Below are positions 58,245-64,000 of a stretch of 64,000 nucleotides of DNA, in pieces. Source of the DNA: an uncultured Anaerovibrio sp. (lineage in GTDB: Bacteria; Bacillota; Negativicutes; Selenomonadales; Selenomonadaceae); the NCBI RefSeq assembly GCF_902786545.1, contig NZ_CADACU010000001.1. One strand, given 5' to 3'. The position numbers and the translations under genes were made by a program. Under the pieces are notes generated by a model that made no database searches, was not told the origin of the DNA, and worked only from the letters and a program-made list of their open reading frames with translations. The stretch's first letter is position 1, and every line of letters begins with the position of its first letter.

Positions 58245-59123
58245 CTAATCCAAGCCGATGCTGCGCACCGATTTCCACCGGTCATGGAGCCAGAACCAGT
58301 CCTCCGGATATTCCCGGATATGGCTTTCCAGCAAATCCATAACCTTTTGAGTAGCCTGCTCAATATCTGCCTTTTTATTATCGGTCTTTTCCACATAAAT
58401 CGGCGGATAAATCTTTATATGATGGCCCCCATCAGGACGGTGCATAATCTGTCCGTGAAAAATCGGGGCATTCTGAAACCGGGCCAAGGTTGCCGGTCCG
58501 GTAAAGCAGTTGGTCTTTCGGTTGAAGAAATCAAGAATTATTCCATCCCGCAGACTTGGATCCTGGTCTGTAATAAGGCCGATCATCCAGCCCTCCTGAA
58601 TCATCCTGAACATTTCCCGCACCCCGCTGGTGTAGGTAATATGCATTCCTACCAGGCTACGGTATTCATTGATAAACCGGTCCATGGCGCCATCCTTCTG
58701 TTTACGGGCCACACCAACCAACGGTACACCATATTGGGCCAATGCCGCCCCCATAAGCTCCCAGCTATCACTGTGGGAAGTGGCAATTATCCCTCCCTGT
58801 TTCTTTTTAATAGCCTCCTGCAGATATTCCAGCCCCTCAATGGTCACATATTCCCTTATATAGCCATCTTTTATCAGCTCCGGGTAACGCAATACTTCCA
58901 TGAGCATAGGGCCAAACTGCACCCAGGAGGCCCTGGCAATACGCCTTGCCTCCGGCTCATCCACAGCCAGACAACGGATAATATTATCCACCGCCATTTT
59001 TTTACGCTTATTGGGTACCACCGCCCACGACAGTCTACCCAAAAAGGTCCCAAGGCGGTTGCAGTGTTTCATTGAGAACCGGCAGGCCAGCCAGCTCAAT
59101 AATTTCATCAAATAATAACCCAT
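58245..59123 (-). CDS. Second lipid A late acyltransferase (LpxL/LpxM family)
   Basis: IIATSHSDSWEL motif and colinearity with the 45317-46231 product. Confidence 0.7.
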   Translation of the reverse strand: MGYYLMKLLSWLACRFSMKHCNRLGTFLGRLSWAVVPNKRKKMAVDNIIRCLAVDEPEARRIARASWVQFGPMLMEVLRYPELIKDGYIREYVTIEGLEYLQEAIKKKQGGIIATSHSDSWELMGAALAQYGVPLVGVARKQKDGAMDRFINEYRSLVGMHITYTSGVREMFRMIQEGWMIGLITDQDPSLRDGIILDFFNRKTNCFTGPATLARFQNAPIFHGQIMHRPDGGHHIKIYPPIYVEKTDNKKADIEQATQKVMDLLESHIREYPEDWFWLHDRWKSVRSIGLD

Positions 59124-59141
59124 TTAGCTACTCCTCAAAAC

Positions 59142-61184
59142 CTACTGTATTATCTCCGGGTGACGGACCAGCCAACCGGTAATATCCATAAGTGACTCCC
59201 GCTCGTTCAAATATTTCTCTACGCCAGTTTGTGTATGAACCGGCTCAGCCGATTCAGCCAACTGTTCGCTGGTTTTTTCCTTATAGGAGCCTATGCTGTC
59301 ACTGGTCATCCAGCTATAAGGTGTAACCACGCGCTCAATTGGCTCCATAAGAGAGTTCTTTATTGAATAATATTCAAATCCTTTTGGCGCAATCAGTTCC
59401 ATAATGGTCGGCAATATATTCATATGTTCACCCAAGAGATTTTCGCCCAACATATCTGCTGTAAGCTCCGGGTGATGGATATAAAATGCCGTCAGCATAC
59501 TTTCCCGAAGCATCTGTTCACGGCGTGGCAAAACTCCTTTGTCAAACGGCAATACCGCTGCCGCATGGTCTCCTGTTACAATAAACAGACTGTCAGGATA
59601 TTCTGCCTTCATCGTTTTGACAAATTTCATCAAACACCGGTCAGCATAGCACACTCCCATAAAACGCCGTGCTTCCACATCGTCCCGTCGAAGCTTTTCA
59701 GGCATCTCCGGCATCAATTTGTCAATATCAAGACCATATTCATGATAAGGAAGATTATACGGTCCATGATTGGAGGTCGTATAAATAAAGTGGAACTGTG
59801 GCTCATCATCATGTTGCCTGATGATGTCTGCCACATTATCCAAATAGATATGGTCATAAACGCCCAACCAGGTCTGAGGAGAACCCGGCGGACAAAAATC
59901 CGGTCCACCATGTACCTCATCAAACCCCGCAGCCGGTACAAAATGCATAAGACTGCCCCAGTTTAGGCTTCCACCATACCAGAAACTGGTATGATAGCCC
60001 AATTTTTTCATCTGCCCGGCCAGGGAGGTGGGAATTTTATTTATATCGCAGCTCCAAAACGCCTTGTTCTCGTTTAGCTCCAAATCACAGTCATACATAC
60101 CCAACAAAAGGGTACTTAATGCCGTTTGGGATATAAGCCCACCCGGCTGGAAATTGGATATGGTAACCGTTCCCGGTTCCTTTTGAAAATTCTTGCTGGC
60201 ATCCATCAAATGAAGCTTATCATAAACCTTGTCAAAGGGCGCCTGACATTGGCTTTCACCCAACAAATAAAAGATATGGCGTGGCTTGGTTATCCGTGGT
60301 CCTTTGGCAATATGACAAAAATGCTTCAGTGGATTATCATTTTCACCGGTAAACTTAGGGCACAATTGCTTTATACTGTCCTTCGAAGCCAAATCATCCT
60401 TCTTTACAAACTCCGGAACCGGATGCTTCAGCACAATCTCCAGGGCAATCAAATCATCTACAGTGGCTTTGCCCAAGAATACATCCTCTTTTACAATGGC
60501 TGGTACCTCATCCCATTCCGGCTTATTTCTGTGCCGAAAGGTTCCGCCAAAACGAAACCAGTAAAAAAGGGCGATGCTGAACAGAAACATCAATGTATTA
60601 ACCGCATATTGCAAATATGCGCTATCCAGTGACACAAATGCAACAGGGGGAACTGCCAGCAGCAGCTGTCCTAACCCAATGCAGATTGCCACATAGGGGA
60701 TAAAGCTTAACAATATCCACCCGCCGTGATTCTGGTTAAAGAAAATATCCGCCAAATTTTTCTTATCGGCATTTTTGCCAAACAGCAAATTTTTATTTAT
60801 TATGTCATGATAATGATAATAAAAAATCATTTTGGTCCAAAACAGGACATACAAAACCACCAAATAAAGCGTAATAAAGCTAAGCCGGATGGTATCCCCT
60901 ACTGCATAATATTCCTTCAGGAACACGCCGGGAATGGTAACAGCTACAAGTGGTATCAAATAGGCATAGGCATTAAAATCCATGCCCCACCAAAAGCCGT
61001 AGCGAAAGCAATGGTACAGCTTAATACTGCCCCATTCCTTCAATCTTTTTGGACCAAAATATAATATAAAAACCAATCTGAATAACGCACACATTAAGGG
61101 TGGCAATATAGCCAGCTTAATGTCCTGCTGCCATCCCATAAAAAATATGTCAAATAATGTCAATGTCATCACTCCTAATAGCAC
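59142..61184 (-). CDS. Membrane-anchored sulfatase/LTA-synthase-family transferase
   Basis: N-terminal half is polytopic. The C-terminal half carries alkaline-phosphatase-superfamily motifs (LLGESQ, TSNHGPY, IVTGDHA). The start is ambiguous (61184 GTG, 61169 ATG or 61163 TTG). Confidence 0.65.
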   Translation of the reverse strand: MLLGVMTLTLFDIFFMGWQQDIKLAILPPLMCALFRLVFILYFGPKRLKEWGSIKLYHCFRYGFWWGMDFNAYAYLIPLVAVTIPGVFLKEYYAVGDTIRLSFITLYLVVLYVLFWTKMIFYYHYHDIINKNLLFGKNADKKNLADIFFNQNHGGWILLSFIPYVAICIGLGQLLLAVPPVAFVSLDSAYLQYAVNTLMFLFSIALFYWFRFGGTFRHRNKPEWDEVPAIVKEDVFLGKATVDDLIALEIVLKHPVPEFVKKDDLASKDSIKQLCPKFTGENDNPLKHFCHIAKGPRITKPRHIFYLLGESQCQAPFDKVYDKLHLMDASKNFQKEPGTVTISNFQPGGLISQTALSTLLLGMYDCDLELNENKAFWSCDINKIPTSLAGQMKKLGYHTSFWYGGSLNWGSLMHFVPAAGFDEVHGGPDFCPPGSPQTWLGVYDHIYLDNVADIIRQHDDEPQFHFIYTTSNHGPYNLPYHEYGLDIDKLMPEMPEKLRRDDVEARRFMGVCYADRCLMKFVKTMKAEYPDSLFIVTGDHAAAVLPFDKGVLPRREQMLRESMLTAFYIHHPELTADMLGENLLGEHMNILPTIMELIAPKGFEYYSIKNSLMEPIERVVTPYSWMTSDSIGSYKEKTSEQLAESAEPVHTQTGVEKYLNERESLMDITGWLVRHPEIIQ

Positions 61185-61260
61185 AACAGTATTCTATCAT
61201 ATTTCTTTATGTTTGTAATATCCCCTTTACCGGGTATAGTTTTTGTTGTCACACACAAAA

Positions 61261-61281
61261 AATAGCTGCCGGAAGCAGCTA
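61261..61281. terminator. Hairpin terminator between lpxD and the LTA-synthase-like gene
   Basis: ATAGCTGC / GCAGCTAT stem flanked by A6 and T6 runs. An extended -10 TGATAGAAT follows on the minus strand. Confidence 0.65.
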
Positions 61282-61285
61282 TTTT

Positions 61286-62308
61286 TTATTTTTCTTCCAA
61301 TTCCTTTATTTTCTTTTCCATAGCCTTCAGCTTCTTGGACATATCGGAAATCTTCTGCAGATGAGCCTGCATCCGAAGCCATTCCTGATGTGGACGAGCT
61401 GGGAACCCGGCATAGAACACGCCCTCCGGAGTATTGCCGATAATTCCACTTCTGGCAGCAAATACTGAATTACCACCGATATCAATATGTCCTACTGTAC
61501 CAGTCTGGCCCCCAAAGGTTACATTAGAGCCTGTATTGGTGGAACCGGAAATGCCCACCTGCGCCACAATCAAATTGTTGGGACCAATATGGCAGTTATG
61601 ACCGATATGCACCAGATTATCAATCTTAGTACCATGACCGATAATGGTGGAACCAATGGTAGCCCGGTCAATGCCTGCATGAGCACCGATTTCCACATCA
61701 TCCTCCAGCACCACATTTCCCACCTGAGGAACCTTGGTGTGAACCCCATCCTTGGTAGTAAATCCGAAGCCATCGGCACCGATAACGGCTGAGCTGTGAA
61801 CAATCACCCGCTTGCCTACTTTGCAGTGCTCCCGCACCGTTACACTTGAGTAAAGGATTGTATCATTATCGACAGTGGCATACTGCCCCACATATACATG
61901 CGGATAAATGGTTACCCGATCACCGATAACTGCATGGTCATCAATATAAGCAAATGGCAATATGGTAACCCCTTCACCGACAACTACATCCTGCCCAATG
62001 TGGGCTGCCGGGCTAACGCCCTTTTCATGGGCAATCGGTGGAATAAAAGTTGTAAGCAAAACCGCAAAGGCAGCTCTTGGGTTCTCTACATAAATCGCCG
62101 GAAGCGGAAAATCAACTGAAACAGAATTAGGCAATAACACTGCTCCAGCCTTGGACTTGGCGGCTTCCTCCACATGAGCCTCATCTGCAAAGGTAATGGT
62201 GTCCTTATCAGCCCCTTCAATATTGTTTACACTGCTGATAACCAGATCCGGCTCACCAGCCAAACGCCCCCCTACCAGATTTGCTATGTCCTGTAATGTC
62301 ATCTTCAT
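61286..62308 (-). CDS. lpxD: UDP-3-O-acylglucosamine N-acyltransferase
   Basis: N-terminal MTLQDIANLVGG, hexapeptide repeats, C-terminal helix. Confidence 0.95.
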   Translation of the reverse strand: MKMTLQDIANLVGGRLAGEPDLVISSVNNIEGADKDTITFADEAHVEEAAKSKAGAVLLPNSVSVDFPLPAIYVENPRAAFAVLLTTFIPPIAHEKGVSPAAHIGQDVVVGEGVTILPFAYIDDHAVIGDRVTIYPHVYVGQYATVDNDTILYSSVTVREHCKVGKRVIVHSSAVIGADGFGFTTKDGVHTKVPQVGNVVLEDDVEIGAHAGIDRATIGSTIIGHGTKIDNLVHIGHNCHIGPNNLIVAQVGISGSTNTGSNVTFGGQTGTVGHIDIGGNSVFAARSGIIGNTPEGVFYAGFPARPHQEWLRMQAHLQKISDMSKKLKAMEKKIKELEEK

Positions 62309-62321
62309 AATATTTCTCCCT

Positions 62322-62789
62322 TTACTGGAGCTTCGCTATAACCTCGTCGGTAACATCCACGCCGCCGGTAATCAGTCCATCCTTGCCATTGCTGTTAACC
62401 ACAGCGTCCAGCTTCTTTTCCTGGGCAATACCGTCCATAGCGGCATAAATCTTGGATTTTACCTGAGTAGCATACTGCTGCTGAATGCCAGCTGCCTGCA
62501 TTTTCAATTGCTGCTGCAGCTCCTGGAACTTCTGGGCCTCTGCCTCAGAATTTACTTTAGCTGCCTCTTCCTGCAACTGCTTTTCGGCATCCTTCTGGAA
62601 ATCCTCCATACGGGTCTTCATCTCGTCCATGGATTCCTTAATCTGCGGAGCCTCCTGCTGAACCCGGGTATAGTCCACATAACCGATATTCACCTTACCG
62701 CAGCCCGCAGTCAAAAAAACTGCACACAAAGCTGCTATTACCAAAAACAATGTCTTTTTCTTTGCTTTCATTGAATATGCCTCTTTCAC
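62322..62789 (-). CDS. skp: Skp/OmpH-family periplasmic chaperone (155 aa)
   Basis: Lipoprotein-like signal peptide, coiled-coil core, C-terminal GGVDVTDEVIAKLQ typical of OmpH proteins. Directly upstream of lpxD. Confidence 0.8.
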   Translation of the reverse strand: MKEAYSMKAKKKTLFLVIAALCAVFLTAGCGKVNIGYVDYTRVQQEAPQIKESMDEMKTRMEDFQKDAEKQLQEEAAKVNSEAEAQKFQELQQQLKMQAAGIQQQYATQVKSKIYAAMDGIAQEKKLDAVVNSNGKDGLITGGVDVTDEVIAKLQ

Positions 62790-63851
62790 TTATTGTATAT
62801 TTTTCATTTCCTGCAACATTTCCTGGGTTAAATCCAAAGTATTAAGCCCAAGAACCGGTGACCGCAGCTCATGCCAATCACCCACCTTAAAGGTTTCATA
62901 CTCCAGCCCCCGGATATTGTCAATCGGATCTGCTATTATCAGATTCAGGTGATGAATAATAGCTAATTTAGCAGCCCTACTGGCTATATCATCAAATATC
63001 TTTTGCTTCAAAAGCTTGATTTCCGCCAGCTTTACATCCAGAGTCGCCTGTTTTTTTGCTATATTCATTTTCAACTGTATTGGTTTTATGGCATCATCAA
63101 TGGCCTGAGCATTCCGCTCCTGCACCTGAGCCATATGCTGCAGCTCCTCTGTTCTGGATCTTTGCTGAATACTGTCCCGCTGCGCAGCCAAGCTACGCCG
63201 TTCTTCACCGGTTTCAGCCTCTACCTGGGCTTCGTAGCGCCGCTGCTGATCCTGCAAAAGTTCATTTTGCTTCCTGGCCCGTTCATCCTTCAATCGCCGC
63301 CATTCATCTTGCATGGCTTGCTTTTCAGCTTCAGACAATTCCAGTACCACTGCATTATCAGCCTTTAGCTGCAGATTTAAAATTCTATTGCCATATTCCT
63401 GATCAAGCGCAGCCCGCTCCCGATCAAAGTCCGGCTTCATCCGCTCATATATGGCATCGGATTTGGCCTTTAGCTCTTCCATTTTCTGGGAAAAGTTGGT
63501 GATTATTTCCAGATTGGCCCGTTGCTTTGCAGCATCATCAAACAGCTTTTTATCTGGCTGCACCGCCTTCATGGTCATCTCAAAATCCTTCAATTCCAAC
63601 TCAGCCGTCAAACTGGCGGCTTCCTGCACCAAGACCTGCAACTTGCCATAATCTTTATGAGCCTTCACCAAGGTTTCCATATCCAGAACACCAATATCAG
63701 GTTCATCTACTATAGGTGGTTTTTCTTTTGGATTAGTACACAGGAAAAAAACTACTAAACACAAAACCGTTATAGCAGCTAACCCCAAACCTATCCGTTT
63801 CATTCTCAAGCTGTTATTGTGTTTCGGTTCATCCTGCTTGTTAACAGCCAT
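62790..63851 (-). CDS. Long OmpH-like coiled-coil protein (about 353 aa)
   Basis: N-terminal TM/signal anchor, very long Glu/Gln/Arg-rich coiled coil, C-terminal LDLTQEMLQEMKNIQ tail. ATG at 63851 after a GGGAG RBS; the longer TTG-initiated ORF would run through the upstream terminator hairpin. Confidence 0.6.
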   Translation of the reverse strand: MAVNKQDEPKHNNSLRMKRIGLGLAAITVLCLVVFFLCTNPKEKPPIVDEPDIGVLDMETLVKAHKDYGKLQVLVQEAASLTAELELKDFEMTMKAVQPDKKLFDDAAKQRANLEIITNFSQKMEELKAKSDAIYERMKPDFDRERAALDQEYGNRILNLQLKADNAVVLELSEAEKQAMQDEWRRLKDERARKQNELLQDQQRRYEAQVEAETGEERRSLAAQRDSIQQRSRTEELQHMAQVQERNAQAIDDAIKPIQLKMNIAKKQATLDVKLAEIKLLKQKIFDDIASRAAKLAIIHHLNLIIADPIDNIRGLEYETFKVGDWHELRSPVLGLNTLDLTQEMLQEMKNIQ

Positions 63852-63879
63852 AAGAACTCCCTTCATCCTGCGTAATAAA

Positions 63880-63906
63880 GTACCGAGCAACCAGTGTGCT
63901 CGGTAC
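63880..63906 (-). terminator. Hairpin terminator after the partial upstream ompH-like gene
   Basis: GTACCGAGCA / TGCTCGGTAC perfect 10-bp stem with T-rich flanks. Confidence 0.55.
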
Positions 63907-63932
63907 TTTTGTCATCATATTACAAGTCGTAA

Positions 63933-64000
63933 TTACTTGTTCAACTTCTTGATTACATCCTGGGTCAGGTCGGTACCACCATAAACCACAGCTTCCTTAT
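63933..64000 (-). CDS. C-terminal fragment of a third OmpH/Skp-like protein (rest outside window)
   Basis: The minus-strand translation ends ...KEAVVYGGTDLTQDVIKKLNK*, matching the C-terminal pattern of the 155-aa Skp. Confidence 0.5.
   Translation of the reverse strand, partial: KEAVVYGGTDLTQDVIKKLNK

Overview
This 64-kb chromosomal segment is almost entirely transcribed on the minus strand. By gene content it looks like a diderm Firmicute of the Negativicutes type; no database search was possible, so all calls rest on motifs read by eye. The right half (about 37.7-64 kb) is a large outer-membrane/LPS supercluster. It holds skp/ompH paralogs, lpxD, an LTA-synthase-like enzyme, two late acyltransferases, lpxC, fabZ, lpxA, lpxI, lpxB, msbA, a fused waaA-lpxK, kdsB, kdsA, kdsD, kdsC, lptC, lptA, lptB and a single lptF/G. 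These are followed by a DUF3084/YqgF-like pair, dCMP deaminase, wecA-like and wecB. A complete F1Fo ATP synthase operon (atpZ-I-B-E-F-H-A-G-D-C, 30.4-37.6 kb) comes next. Directly downstream of the atp terminator lies the most unusual region, a tightly coupled five-gene operon at 20.7-30.2 kb. It encodes a STAS-domain/condensation-domain fusion protein, a MATE transporter with an extra C-terminal domain of about 144 aa that by eye resembles a degenerate SpoIIAB/RsbW-type GHKL module, an RND pump with no adaptor or outer-membrane partner, and two paralogous GT-C-like polytopic membrane proteins. I flag this as a candidate undescribed envelope lipid/glycoconjugate assembly-export system. The left part carries housekeeping and accessory genes: partial serC, metA, a TetR-led operon with two NirJ/Ahb-like radical SAM/SPASM enzymes, a YqeB-family protein, another radical SAM protein, pyridoxal kinase, an FtsW-family protein, trmB, an AAA+ enhancer-binding-type regulator lacking GAFTGA, and several secreted or uncharacterised proteins. 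It also carries one tRNA-Arg(ACG) with its own consensus promoter. A 135-nt imperfect palindromic element has a second, partial copy 5 kb away. I saw no rRNA, CRISPR array, transposase or phage genes.
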